A stretch of 63,431 nucleotides of DNA from Hydrolagus affinis (taxonomy: Eukaryota), in assembly GCA_012026655.1 (NCBI GenBank), contig JAAILG010001667.1, positions 1-63,431 on the forward strand, written 5' to 3'. Made by a program: the position numbers and the translations under genes. The notes beneath the pieces were generated by a model that was given only the letters and a program-made list of their open reading frames with translations, was not told the origin of the DNA and did not search any database. Below are positions 36,033-48,611 of this stretch, piece after piece. Numbering within the stretch: position 1 is the first letter of the stretch; each line of letters starts with the position of its first letter.

Positions 36033-36552
36033 CTGAAAGTGTCAGAAATATCGCCAAAGTTAAGAACTGCAACATTCGTCAAACATGGGATAAAAAAGAT
36101 CAACAGGAATCTCCCCTGCATTCATCAGCTCAGTAAATTAAAGAATTCGATAGGTTACTGCAGAAAGTTTGTTTGATCCAAAATTCCAGAGCAATGTAAA
36201 CCAAGATCATCCACGTTGCTAGATTATAATGAATTATCATTTATATTATGGACATTGAAAGGCACTGTCTGGCTTGCATGGCACTGTTTAACCTAATTTC
36301 CCATGTTTATTAATGCTAATGTTAGCTAAAATGTCAGATCGAGGTGGTAATAGAGATATGGTCAATAATCCCCTACATTTAATACAGTTGGTCAATCATT
36401 TTGCTTGTACAGCATCGGAGGATGTAAACTTGCTGCCACTCTTGCCTACAAATACACAGTACACTTCAGAGGAAAACAGTAAAATCATGTGATACACTTT
36501 GAGACATCTCAACGTCCTGCATGATATGGCATTATATCCATAAGATATAATG

Positions 36553-36803
36553 GAGTGGGATCTTGTAGCTCAGTAGTTGAGAGCACTCGCCTCGAATAAA
36601 AAAGCAATAACAAATTGGTCATTTCAATCTGCGACTGTTTGTGGGACACTGCTGTGCACAATCGACTGCAGGGTTTCACCCACATATATACAGTCAATTG
36701 ACTTTACAGTTTATTCTGTGAAGCGCTTTGAGACGTCTTTGAGGCACTTTGAGACATCTAGAAGACATGAAAAGCGCTATATCAAATGCAAGGATTATTA
36801 TTA
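36553..36803 (+). mobile_element. tRNA-derived SINE with internal deletion
   Basis: A-box head joined directly to body; tail GGATTATTATT. Confidence 0.85.
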
Positions 36804-37818
36804 TCTGGGACGCTACCTATGTGAAGAGCACTCAATGCAAGTTGTTGTTGTATATCAAATGAAGGTATATTACTCATATTATTGTAATATAAAACAACTT
36901 GGAATAGTTTAGTGTGTGAGCTAAATAGCCATGATTTCACACACTTAACATAAGACATTGTTTCCTGAAGTCTATCCAGTCACAACGCTAAATTTAAAAA
37001 TGAGAACAAAGTTAAAACCAAGCCATATCAACCAGATAGTTCTATGTCAAAGATTAAACAGTATAATAATCAACAACAAACTGAGGATTAAATTAGAATG
37101 TGTGCATTAGTCAAATTAATGGAGAATACCACTTTGTATTTATCCCAAAGTGCACTGATCAGGCAAACAATGGATCCCTGCTGTGGAGACTTCATTTGTA
37201 AGCATTCTTGATGCTGAAATGTCATTCATCAACCTAGCTTCCAGCTTTAGGAATTGAATGACTTGTTGATATGTTCTGGTACCTCACTGCCCAAAATACC
37301 TGGATCAAAAGGTACCAATGATCTCTGGATCTAATTTTTTTTTAATCTAACAAATTCCATCCATTCTATGAACTTACACAGGCTGCTTGCAGGGACAAAA
37401 CAAATACTAACCAATGTGGCATGGGATATCTGCAAAGTGGTTTGATTAAAATTTAATCTGTAGAGAAATGCAATGGGATACATCCACCGCTAATCAGTTA
37501 GTACAATTTCTAACAAGAGGTCACAGTTATTATTGCCAATTTTGATTACATGGCACTTTCAGATTCGATGAAAGAGAAAATCAAATCCCAATTATTCAAA
37601 TTATATCAATAATTTTTTTTAAATTGCCGAACGAACTGCATTTACCGGTCTGAGAATATAGCCTGAAACCATCCTTGAGGTGTATTTGTGTGCTTCTACA
37701 GGAAGCTGTATAAAGCATTTACAAAAATCCAACAGAGGGTTAAGACACATCAAAACGCAGCAGTAATTGTGCAATTGTATTACTACTGAATAAAAACCTG
37801 ATTTCTGTTTGCACATAC

Positions 37819-37917
37819 CTGAAATCTTGGATCTGCATCACTTTCCCCGATCTGCTGCAGAAGCTCACCACTTGTGTGACCCACAGTTCCGGCAGCAGTG
37901 AGCAAGTGCTGACGAGG
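37819..37917 (-). CDS. TLN1: talin-1 exon 17
   Basis: PRQHLLTAAGTVGHTSGELLQQIGESDADPRFQ; 99 nt; AG/GT. Confidence 0.95.
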
Positions 37918-38399
37918 CTGAAACACAGACAAAGGTGAGCAGGAATTCCATTAATGCTTTCTGCATCTCATTCAAAAAAACAAAATCCTCGCTGCCAAAC
38001 TCTACCAATTATCAGCTTTGACTGATTAATTGGGAGCAACATTATAGATGTCGTCTGTTTACTGCGCCAAAGATCACCTGCTCGTTCCGTCACTTGCATG
38101 CATCTTTAATACGGAACACTGACTGGTGATTCTAGTCGACAGATCCTACATAATTTACAAGGTAAATGTGATAAGGTGGGCTGTAAATAATTCACTGACC
38201 CAACTATCCTGCACATTGACCGAAACAGACAATGTGTCAGTTATACTAGGAACTGACAGCTTGGTCCCATAAAACCTTAGCCAGTACCTCTAACTCACTG
38301 CAACGTGCAGTCATGAGAAAGCCATGGCTCGACATCCATTGTGCAGTTGTTAAAATATCTTATCTAAAGCAGAGCTTCTAAAACCTAACTTTCCCTCAT

Positions 38400-38690
38400 G
38401 TGGAGTCCTGTAGCTCAGTGGTTAGAGCACTCACCTTACAAGCGGTAGACCTGGGTTCGATTCCAGGAACGGCAAAATCATGGGCAAGTTTCCCTACTCC
38501 CTCCATAATAATCCATCAATAAAATATAATAAATTTATCGATTCAATCCACCACTGTTTATGGGGCTTTGCTGTGCGCAATTGGCTGCCACGTTTGGTGT
38601 CAATTCACTTTACAGTATATCCTGTGAAGTGCTTTGAGACATCTAGAAGATGTGAAGAGCGCTGTATCAAATGCAAGGCTTAGTATTAAT
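38400..38690 (+). mobile_element. tRNA-derived SINE, full length
   Basis: GTCCTGTAGCTCAGTGGTTAGAGCACTCACCTTACAAG...GGTTCGATTCC...AAATGCAAGG. Confidence 0.92.
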
Positions 38691-38983
38691 CTTAACCTAT
38701 TACAAAGCCACCTGAAATTTGCAGTTGATCAATTACAATGCAACCTTGCACACTCCCCTGTTTTATTCAGGTAGATTTTAAAGTGGAGGCTGGATTGGAA
38801 TTGATTGCTCTTTGCATTGGCCAACATGTATTCGCCTACAAAATATGCAGTCAATTAACTTTACAGTATATTATGTGAAGCACTTTGAAACGTCTCAAAG
38901 ACGTGATAAGGCGCTATATCAAATGCTAGGATTATTATTATACATATAATGGCCACAGTTTGCTGCAGAGGGTAGAAATTAAC

Positions 38984-39192
38984 CTCAGCTGTAGCTGGCT
39001 GAGCTGTCTTCAATAACTCCGAAACAGCACAGGCCAGGTTCTTGGCAGCTTTCAGCAGCTGCTGTCCATTCACGCCCTCGTCTTCCATCAGGGCTGCCAG
39101 CAGTTTGACTCCTTTTGACATCTCCGTCAAGTTTGAGGAGATGGTGGTCACTGCACAGCCAACGGCTGTATAATCTGTATCAGCAGGGTTTC
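38984..39192 (-). CDS. TLN1: talin-1 exon 16
   Basis: NPADTDYTAVGCAVTTISSNLTEMSKG...AQPATAE; 209 nt; AG/GT. Confidence 0.96.
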
Positions 39193-39281
39193 CTGTTGGA
39201 TAAAACAAGGATTAATATACTGCAACTCCTAAGCAACTAGTATGAAAATAAAAAGCTTCTCCTCTTCATCCCTAGGAGCTC

Positions 39282-40215
39282 AGAACATAAGAAATTATAA
39301 ATGAAAACAGACAAATGTCCATCTAGTTCGCCTTCCACCTTCCTAGCGTCGGAAGCACATATGTCCCAAACTATGTTCTGTATCCCATAAAGTTATTTCC
39401 TAGAAAAAAACTATCTAATCTGTGTTTGAAACAATCAACACTGCCTGCTTCAACCGTCTCCCTAGGCAGCCTGTTCCACTGGTTCACTATTCGCTCATTG
39501 AAATAGTGCTTGCATAGATTTGTTCTGAATTTACCACCTTTCAATCGCAGGCCGTGTCCTCTGGTTTTACTCTTCTGGAAAAGTTGAAACAGCCTGCCTT
39601 GATCTGTACTGTCTAGTCCCTTTAGAATCAATCAGGTCGCCTCTCAATCTTCTCTTTTCCAGCATGAACATGCCCAATTTGCGTAGTCGCTCCTCATAGT
39701 CCAGTCCTTCCATTCCCTCAATCATTTTGGTTGCCCTCCTCTGCATCTTCTCAATTTCTCCAATATCTTTTTTGTACTGCCTTGATCAGAACTATTCACA
39801 ATGCTCCAAGTAATGTCTCACCATTGATTTAAACTGTGGCAGGATTACCCCACTATTTTGGCTTGCTATTGATCTTTTGATACCTCCCAATATCTGGTTT
39901 GCTTTACTCACTGCCACACAGCATTGTTGGGAGAGATTCAAACTATTGTCAATCAGGACCCCCAGATCCTTTTCATTATCCATGCAAATTATCCGTTCAA
40001 ATAATAGACCCCTCCAGGATTTTGTGTCCCCTTGTGAAGTGCTTTACATTCCTTCACATTGAATTTCACCTGGCATTGATCTGCACCATTCCCAAGTATT
40101 TTCAAATCCCGCTGTAACCTATCTTGATCAGCATCTCAATCTACCACCATCGTTAGCTTGGTGTCATCTGCAAACTTCGTCACTGTGCTTGCGACTCCTT
40201 GTTCTAGATCATGCA
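39282..40215 (-). mobile_element. CR1 LINE, RT C-terminus and 3' UTR, degenerate
   Basis: FADDTKL, EKDLGVLID, KTRGHGLRL, RIVNQWNRLP motifs; TTCTTATGTTCT tail. Confidence 0.92.
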
Positions 40216-40667
40216 GAATTCAAATAACATTTTGTACAGATTTAAAGTTCTCGCTTTGATTAACTTGATTAAGCTAATTATTACACCTAAAACTTAAAAA
40301 TTATTCATAAATCATCTCAAGTCAGCTTTGATTTTCTCTGCTAAAATCACAACCCCATAACCACTTACTTAACACTCAAGATTACACCCCCTATACTTAA
40401 GACCATTTTGTCTTTAAAAATGGAATAAGAACAAATAGGATTTCAATTGTGTTTATTTTTGCAGCACACCAAATTTAGGAATTTTCCATCATTCTGCGAG
40501 ATACAAAAAAAGTAAATCAAATGAAATGCTCGACTGCCCAGCACCTTGGGACATCCTCTCAACATGAAAGGTGCTACACAAATGTAATTTATTATTGTTG
40601 ACGTTGATGTAGTAAATCAAAATGGTCTTATTGCTAAGGCTAAGGAAGTTTCCGACAATCTGTTCAC

Positions 40668-40776
40668 CTGCAGTGAGATTGACCACTGATGCTGTGCCCG
40701 CAGTAATAGCATCAACTTGGGAATGGATCTCATGTTTGGATTCATCCATTTTCATTTTTTTCCATTCATTTGAGGC
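40668..40776 (-). CDS. TLN1: talin-1 exon 15
   Basis: ASNEWKKMKMDESKHEIHSQVDAITAGTASVVNLTA; 109 nt; AG/GT. Confidence 0.96.
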
Positions 40777-41746
40777 CTAGGGGCACAAACATAACATTAC
40801 TGCAATCTCTTCAACAGCAAAGGACACACAATACAATGAATGCTGTACTGGCGTTCACCAGTGCTGCAAAACAACCCGTGTAACAGACTCACAAATCGAG
40901 ATAGTAACATACAGTGGAGCTTTATGAAGCTGTTAAAAAATATGTTAATTAAAAATAGCAGCAGTAAAAAGTATGAGCATAACAAATGTTAATTCAACAT
41001 GCAGCCACGCAGAACGCATATCAAAACAAACCATTTAAGAAATAATCTTAATGGTTATTGTTCTAGATTGGTATTTTAACTAGACTAACAAGTGAGAAGA
41101 TTGTGTGTGCTTTTGAACTCCACAACAGATTTTTTTAAATCATAATAGAGACAAACATGACAAAGGAGCACTGGATGTACTTTCCTGCTGGTGAAATGTT
41201 AACCTATTGTGATGGACATTAAAATCCAATGATACTGTTTTAAAAAGCAGGACATTCTCTCGTGCCCTCCTCAATATTCAAATTCAGTCCTAGTATACCT
41301 TACTCTAGAGGTGAATAATTGATGAGTAAATAACTGAGTTTTTTCTCAGATTTGCTGGCTAGCTATCTCCCAGATAAAAATTCCTCAAACATTTTATTGC
41401 TGTTTGCGGAGTCTTACTGTGTGACCATTCACTGTTGTGTTCGTGTACCAATACAAAGTCACCACACTGTGCAATAAATCATGTGAAATGTTTTGAAACC
41501 TTTTGACGATGTGATAAGGTGTTAGGCGAGGATTATCATTAGCTGTGAGGAGTACAAGTAGGACTTTCTTGTAAGAGAAATCCTATTGACCAAAATCACA
41601 ATCCATACATTTAATTTATTGCCTTTCACAAAAGGACGACGTCTCAAAGCATTCAACATGATATACTGTAATCTGAAGTGAGTGTGTATGTGGCAAGAAG
41701 CTTGGATAGCATGCAGTTCATTTGAGTGTTAAAGGTTCTGACTTAC

Positions 41747-41860
41747 AGCATCGCGTCCGAGGGGTGGCAAGGCATCAACGTCATCCAGACTAGCTGTTGC
41801 TTGTTGAACGGCCTGCATGCTGGAGTTCAGAGTTCCCATCAGCGCTTGCTGTGCTGATGT
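41747..41860 (-). CDS. TLN1: talin-1 exon 14 (R1)
   Basis: TSAQQALMGTLNSSMQAVQQATASLDDVDALPPLGRDA; 114 nt; AG/GTAAGT. Confidence 0.95.
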
Positions 41861-42124
41861 CTAAAAATAAAACGTGCAATGTAAGAATTGAACAAGAACA
41901 AATAGGATTTTAATTGTGTTTATTTTTGAACGGCACCCTGCAGTTCATTTCTTCTATTATCAGGACATCGATATTGTCAATGTTATTATATATTATTATT
42001 GAGACTCAACAATGCAAACTGATTACAACACCCTGAAAGCAAACCTTCAAGGATTGCAAACAAAGTCTTCTGAAAAATAAAAACATTGAGGACCATTAGT
42101 GGTGGATTGGTTCATCAAGCGACC

Positions 42125-42515
42125 AGACAACAAAAAATTACATTTGTATAGCACCTTTCACGTTGGGAGGACGTCCCAAGGCGCTGGACAGTCAGCGTTT
42201 CGGACCCGAGCTGGGGTCGTTATCGGGGAGGGTGGAGGGACAGGAGGGGTGACCAACAGGATTGTTGAAGAGGAGGATCCTAAGGCGGGACTTGAAGAAG
42301 GCTAGGGAGGGGCGAGGCGGAGGGATTGCGGGATGGAATTCCAGAGATTCGGGGCAGAATGGCTGAAGGCTTAGGGGACATGGAGCAGGCAGGAGCCCAC
42401 TGAGTGGAGGGGGTGGGCACGTTGGTCGGGGTAGGTTGGGGCAAGGCCATGAAGGACTTTAAAGGTGAGGACCAGGATCTTGAATTGAATCCTCTGGGTG
42501 ATGGGGAGCCAATGG
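42125..42515 (-). mobile_element. L2 LINE 3' end
   Basis: CATTGGCTCCCCATC...ATTCAATTCAAGATCCT motif plus (TTG) tail family. Confidence 0.8.
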
Positions 42516-42581
42516 TGACACATACTAAATTGAATGTAGTCCTTTACAAGACATTGTAAACCCTAGTCAGAGATATATGAC

Positions 42582-43621
42582 ATAGCGATCATTTGTTTGA
42601 GATTTTCCATGTGTGGAAGTAGATAAAATGAGTTAATGGGATAGATAGAACAATTCGGTGATCAAATCAAGCTGTTGTTTTTTCTCTATGTGATCCACTT
42701 ATTCTAATCCCATTTGCTTCCCGTCCCCTTCAATATTCCTCTGTTCTCTGGTCTAATTCCCTTCAAAATAATTCAAGGGTTTTTCTTGTCACTTTTTTAT
42801 GATAACAGTCGGTAATTTTTGGGGGTAAATTAACACTTTTTTCTCCCAATTTTCTGCCCCCACCCAACGTGTAGGCATGTTCCATCAGGGCAGATCTGCA
42901 GATCGTAGTGAGGAACAGGACTCCTGCTGTATCCACCCCCTGATCCTAACCCAGTGGTGCTGAAGCCAATTATAGCACCTCGACTGCTGGCCCAACTGAG
43001 GTCAGAGAACTAAACACAGACAGTGAATCAACTAGCTTGACAGCTCAAATCCCAGAGGGAGCTTCAAGTTCATTTTGTTTTCCCTTTGTTTTTACGGGTT
43101 TGTATGCCTGAAGCGTGGAAGGGCAATAGTCTGATATTCTATGGTTGAAAAGATCCAAAATAGTGGCAAGGCTATTTATTCATAAGATTAGCCTCCTGGG
43201 ACATTCTCCTGACGTGAAAGGCACTCTATAAATGTAATTTTGTTGTTGTTGTTGTAGCCTCGGAATAGGTTTTACATCCCTTAACTACTTGGCACTAATC
43301 GTTCTAGTTCCAGGAACAGTTTCCTACCAGTGGTGGCATGTGTCCACAGTGCATTTGTCCGCTGGTCACCTGCTGCTGGGCTGCTGGCATTGACCCAACC
43401 TGGAAATTCTCCCGACCCCCAGCACCAGAACGCATGATGGCTGGCAATGCCACTGACCCGTGCTCCAAAGTCCCGATTCTGTTAAACTGTTGCTGCATGA
43501 TGGTGGATCTGTGAAGAGTAACAGCGTGAGCAGAAGTAATTCCATACGCATTTCCAAACAAACATATTAACTCATTTTATCTACTTCCACACATGGAAAA
43601 TCTCAAACAAATGATCGCTAT
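42582..43621. repeat. perfect 56-bp inverted repeat pair (42582-42637 / 43566-43621) around exon 13
   Basis: ATAGCGATCATTTGTTTGAGATTTTCCATGTGTGGAAGTAGATAAAATGAGTTAAT and its exact reverse complement. Confidence 0.95.
43328..43508 (-). CDS. TLN1: talin-1 exon 13 (linker, calpain-site region)
   Basis: STIMQQQFNRIGTLEHGSVALPAIMRSG...GHMPPL; 181 nt; AG/GT. Confidence 0.96.
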
Positions 43622-44122
43622 AAGAACATAGACTCTGAACACAGTGATATACTCAGGCGTACGGAGTTTGAAAACTTTTTTCTGGTCAACCAGGTGTCCG
43701 ACACATGTACAGCTCAACTCCACTGAGACGCCCCCACCTTATCTCTCCCATCAAGGAGTTCACATATATTTTGTATTGAGTTTTATCACATTGTTGGGAT
43801 GTCTCGAGCTGCTTTAGAGAATATACTGTAAAGTGGTACGACTGTATTTTGTGGGCAAGCAAAATAGTGCGTACACTGTTTAAATATTTAGTTCTGGATC
43901 TAGTGTTCAGCTGAGAGGTAGATTGTGAACTAATACAGTAATCCTGTTGTATAGTGTAACCTTAGTGTCGAATTTATACCCAAATAAAGAACTTACTTTA
44001 ACTTGGATCGGAGGCTGACTGTAACCTCATTTTCTGAGTTAAGGAACGGAGTATCTTGCACTCCAACAAGTGGTATAAGAACTAGTTCTTAAAGGGCGCC
44101 AAACCTTTTTGTTGTGACTTAC

Positions 44123-44199
44123 TTCTTAGGAGACACAGAGTCCTCCAACATTGTGGATTCTTCATCACCTTCTAGTCCAAAATGATCTTTGCTTTTTTT
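44123..44199 (-). CDS. TLN1: talin-1 exon 12 (head-rod linker)
   Basis: KKSKDHFGLEGDEESTMLEDSVSPK; 77 nt; AG/GTAAGT. Confidence 0.96.
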
Positions 44200-44787
44200 C
44201 TGACAATACAAAGATACAAAGTTGAGTTGATACAACAGATTTCACTTGTAATAGCGCCTTTTACTTAGAATGTGAAAACTTCATAGCGAGAAGGTGAAAA
44301 ATGTTTTTAAAGAGGATTTTCAAGGCAAACAGATTTTGGAAAGGAGTTCCAGAGGGGCAGATGCACAGTGGCTCGACCACCAGTAGTAGGATAAAAGGAG
44401 CGAGTAAAATAAGTATTGCTTTGAAGGTACATATAATTGTAATTATTACAATTATTTGGTGTCCCCCCTACCACCTCAAAAGGTCAAACCTTTAATTCCA
44501 GGGCATATCGTTGTCACTTCTTGATCACTAGGTCACCAAAAAAGCAGCCTGATTGTGCAGACCAAACAGTAGTAGCAACTTGCTCTTGGGAGATATAGCG
44601 CCCTTTACAAGGAAACATTTAACCTGCACCCTTTGTGTCTTCGGACACATCACCCAAGTGATCCTGTTTTTGTATTGAGTTCTCACTGTAGTGTACGAGC
44701 ATGGGCAAAGCATTGAGACACCAATCTGTCATAGCGAAGCCCACTCCGCCTCTCCCAGCCCATGTTCTTATTCCTACACTGCACTGC

Positions 44788-45106
44788 TAATAATAATAAT
44801 CCTTGCATATGTTATAGAGCTTTTCACGTCTTCTAGACATCTCAAAGTGCTTCACAGATTATACTGTAAAATTAATTGACTGTATATACATGGGTGAAAC
44901 ACGGCAGCCAATTGCGCATAGCAGTGTTCCACAAACAGTCGGGGATTGAAATGACCATTTAAAACATTTTTTTTTTTTTGGGGGGGGGATTATTATCAGG
45001 CGTGTGGAGTAAGGAAAGTTGCCTAAAGTTTCACCCTGCCTGGCATTGAACCCAGGTCTCTCGCTTGTAAGGTGAGTGCTCTAATCACTGAGCTACAGGA
45101 CTTCAC
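44788..45106 (-). mobile_element. tRNA-derived SINE, full length
   Basis: Head and tail as in other copies. Confidence 0.9.
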
Positions 45107-45395
45107 AGGTAACCAGAGACAAGAACTCTGACAAAAATCACCTCCCTAGCATTGGTGATGCTGAAATTAAATGAGTCAGTGTATCAGAACAACAGGCACA
45201 ACAGATATGTGCCAATCGCACAGGAAGTGCCCCAAATTGTAAACCCTTTTCTGAAAATCATGGCATTTCTCTTCAAACGTATCTCTTGGAAACATTGTAA
45301 ACTTTCAGCCAAGGGAATCTTAGGGATTTCTTCCGATATCAGCGCAGCCAGTTACGTACAATTATCCCAGCTGTGAAATGTACTGGATTCAATAC

Positions 45396-45497
45396 CTTTT
45401 TCAAAATGATATCGATGTATCCAGCTATAAGCTGTGCAATTTGCTCCCCCTCAGTTGTCTGAACTGAATAGTAACCATCCTGGTAGTCGCCAAAATC
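45396..45497 (-). CDS. TLN1: talin-1 exon 11
   Basis: DFGDYQDGYYSVQTTEGEQIAQLIAGYIDIILKK; 102 nt; AG/GT. Confidence 0.97.
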
Positions 45498-47285
45498 CTG
45501 AAAAACAGAAATACAATTAATGTGGTGAACAAACTCAGCCCCAGTTAGCAACGTGTCCTAATTCATATTGATGTCATCACCACCCCACAAATATCTGGGC
45601 TCCTAGGCTCCCTCCTTGTCCTGCGACATGGAACAAAGGAGGGAGTAGACAGTCAGCAGCTGGGAGGCTATTGTCAGATGTTCAAGGGTGTGAAGGATCA
45701 GTTGACTCAAATTTCAATGTTGCTCTATAGGGATTTCCGTCTGATTGGTAGCTGCAAACAAACGGACTTTGTTAAGGAACCCAATACAAGGGAGTGGGGG
45801 AAAATGAAAGAGGACAAATAAAATGAATAGTAATATCCAACAAACTTAGAAACAATCTTTAGTCTGTTTAGAGTGGTTTAATATCACTCAAGACTGGAAT
45901 AGGGATTGGCAAATTAGCTCCAGTGTTCCCGTGCCATATGGCAGGACGGAGATCGAAGGGAAAAAAAAACTACTAAGACTCTCGCTTGTTACAACACTAG
46001 TCGGTCTACAGTGGAAAGTATATATGTGGGAACAGGATCAGGAGGGATTTACCCAGAACTAAATACTTTTATCCAGGCTTACATAAAGAATGGTCTTTTT
46101 CTTTAGAAAGGTTTTCCTCTTTTTCATGCAGCCAGGCTGTGGGAACCTGCTGCAGCACAGTGCATTGATGTGATTTCACTGTTTTATCCTAGTTTACAAG
46201 CATGCTCATATTGTTAACAATAGAACATTAAATTGTACTTTTGGCCTTTGGCTAATGAGCAGTGAAACTAGCCAGGGGGCATCTCTGACTGAAACAAATG
46301 GCACTCCTTAGTAAGCATTGTCATGACACGTCCTTAGCACACATTTTGTCTAAAATATTGTCACATTGAACGCATGAGTTACGAGTTTAATCAACAGGAT
46401 ATTACATTATGACTGACTCAAAACACACTCATTCTGTCAGGAAGTTGTACAATTGGTTTGATACATTCAAAACATTTCATTTCAATTATCAGTTGGCACA
46501 TCCCCAGAACCAGGTGACCCAATTAAGATGAATCAGAAGGTGTAGTTTATGGCCTATGACTTTAAGGCACCAATAGTTTAGCTGAGCATTAAATAATTTG
46601 TTTTGGGTTAGGCCCCAGTTACTGCTCTGCCCTTCCAAATCCTGTTATGAGCCAGGCTGGCTGTGCTGCCATCAGCAGCACCCTGAAGTACTGCAGTCCT
46701 CCCTGGCTCATCAAAAATTCAGTGTGTGCTAAGTTAGTTAATTTTAACTGTGACGTTGGCCCCAACACCTCTGGTCTAGGGAGGGAAAAGCAGCATTGAT
46801 TCCTGTATATTGCTATCCAGAGATAGCTGCTGAAAAGCCCCAAATTGAAATTATAATCCGTCTCCATTGAAGGCTCCTTGAGACATTTAAGGTGCACCTG
46901 AATAATGAAGCATTCCAACAGAAACATCACTAATCATTGCATTTACAGGAAACTTGGGTATCAATGTTTATAGATGCAGTAGACTAAATAATTTAAGATA
47001 CCAAACAAATCCAAATTGAACCTTTTAGAACCTGCACACTTACAAGGGCTGTGAAGATAGCCAGTGATCTAGTAGTTTAGACAGTAAAAGGAATTATCAT
47101 GGGTATCAAGGAGCATGCTGTTTGAAACTAATTATTTTTTGTTTGTTTGTTTGTTTTGATTGGTAAGTGAGGTTAGGCCTGCTCATCCGCATTAACCAAA
47201 TTAGACTGAATGTGTTCCACTGGGGAATGAGGGTTGTCCCCAAAGACAAACCCCAAATCTCCCCCAAACAACGACAACTAAATTA

Positions 47286-47505
47286 CAGTGAAAGTCTGTT
47301 TATCCAGCACCCGATCAACCGTAACTTCCGTATAACCGGCATCGCAAAAAAAAAAGTCCGCATTCGATTAACCGGAATTTATCCGGAAAAATGCATAAAG
47401 TTATTTTTAAAAATTTTTGGAGGTCGTTTTCGGCCGAATATCTGGCACACGCTTTAACTAGCATTGGCCAGGTCCTGAGTGTGCCAGATAAACGGGCTTT
47501 TACTG
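47286..47505. mobile_element. Tigger-like MITE (220 bp), TA target duplication
   Basis: TIRs CAGTGAAAGTCTGTTTATC / GATAAACGGGCTTTTACTG; splits an L2 tail at AATTA|CATTTGTAGAGC. Confidence 0.9.
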
Positions 47506-47790
47506 TACATTTGTAGAGCACCTTTCACGTCGGGAAGTCATCCCAAACTCGTCTAGGCCCCAAATTTTCAAAGGACATTGCAGACCTGAACCATGTCTCC
47601 ACAACCACCCGAGCAAGTCAGGTGACGGGATGGTCTGTCTCGCAGGCCAAGCCCGGCCTGAGCCTAATGATCATGTTCAAGTAAGCCCTGCATTCCAGTA
47701 CCTCTCCTTCCTCTTCTGAGGACCAATCAAATTCCTCAGATTGCATGTACTGTAATGCTGAACCCAAACTAATCATTGCATAAAACTTAC

Positions 47791-47946
47791 CAGGGTAAAA
47801 CTCTTTGGTGATGCAGCCCAGCGTTTGATATTGGTCAGGCTCCATTCTTGTATCACCTCTTTTGTTCTCTCATCCACACGCATCACACATTCCTTGGTAA
47901 TTCCCAGCAAACGTGGGACAAGCTTGTTTTTCCCTTTCATTTTCTC
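47791..47946 (-). CDS. TLN1: talin-1 exon 10 (F3, integrin-binding PTB-like domain)
   Basis: EKMKGKNKLVPRLLGITKECVMRVDE...NIKRWAASPKSFTL; 156 nt; AG/GTAAGT. Confidence 0.97.
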
Positions 47947-48113
47947 CTACAAATGGTTCAATACATTTCATATTAATTTGCAGCATATCCTGAGAATGCT
48001 TAAAGAAACATAGCCAGCTCAATTTGTGATACAAGTCATTCCTCACATTAAGGTTTACTCCACATGCTACAGACAGTTTTGCCTATATGGGGAACACACA
48101 TTAAAATATTCAC

Positions 48114-48218
48114 CTTAACCAAAAAGAAGGACACTCCATATGTCTTCAGGGAGCGGGCCAGCTTTACGTACAGTACTTTAGCCTCCATCTCGGTCATGTT
48201 TGCACAGTTCTTATGTGC
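48114..48218 (-). CDS. TLN1: talin-1 exon 9
   Basis: AHKNCANMTEMEAKVLYVKLARSLKTYGVSFFLVK; 105 nt; AG/GT. Confidence 0.96.
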
Positions 48219-48302
48219 CTATGTAAAAAAAAATTACATTTGTACGGTTATTTGTCACAAACAAGGCTTAGGCCTTTTAAAATCCGTGCATTTTTAAAGT
48301 AT

Positions 48303-48611
48303 AAATAATACTAATGCTTGCATTTGATAGCGCTTTCCACATCTTCTAGACGTGTCAAAGCGCTTCACAGAATATATTGTAAAGTGAATTGATGGTATAT
48401 TTTTGGTCGAAACAGCAGCCAATTGCGCACAGCAGTGTCCCACAAACAGTCGAGGATTGAAATGACCAATTTATTATAGTTTTTTTTGAGGGATTATTAT
48501 TAGGTGTGTGGAGTAAGGAAACTTGCCCAAGATTTCGCCCTGCCTGGATTCAAACACAGATCTCACGCTTGTAAGGCGAGTGCTCTAACCACTGACCTAC
48601 AAGACTCCACT
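48303..48611 (-). mobile_element. tRNA-derived SINE, full length
   Basis: Head and tail as in other copies. Confidence 0.9.

Noticed and set aside
36033-37818. Counterpart of the human alternative TLN1 exon 17b
   Set aside because: No convincing short in-frame exon with splice sites seen in this intron by eye; not excluded without RNA data.
38400-38475. tRNA-Val(TAC)-like sequence with A and B boxes (also near 33040-33108, 45040-45106, 48540-48611)
   Set aside because: Each is the head of a ~310-bp SINE followed by body and tail, with degenerate stems; not tRNA genes.
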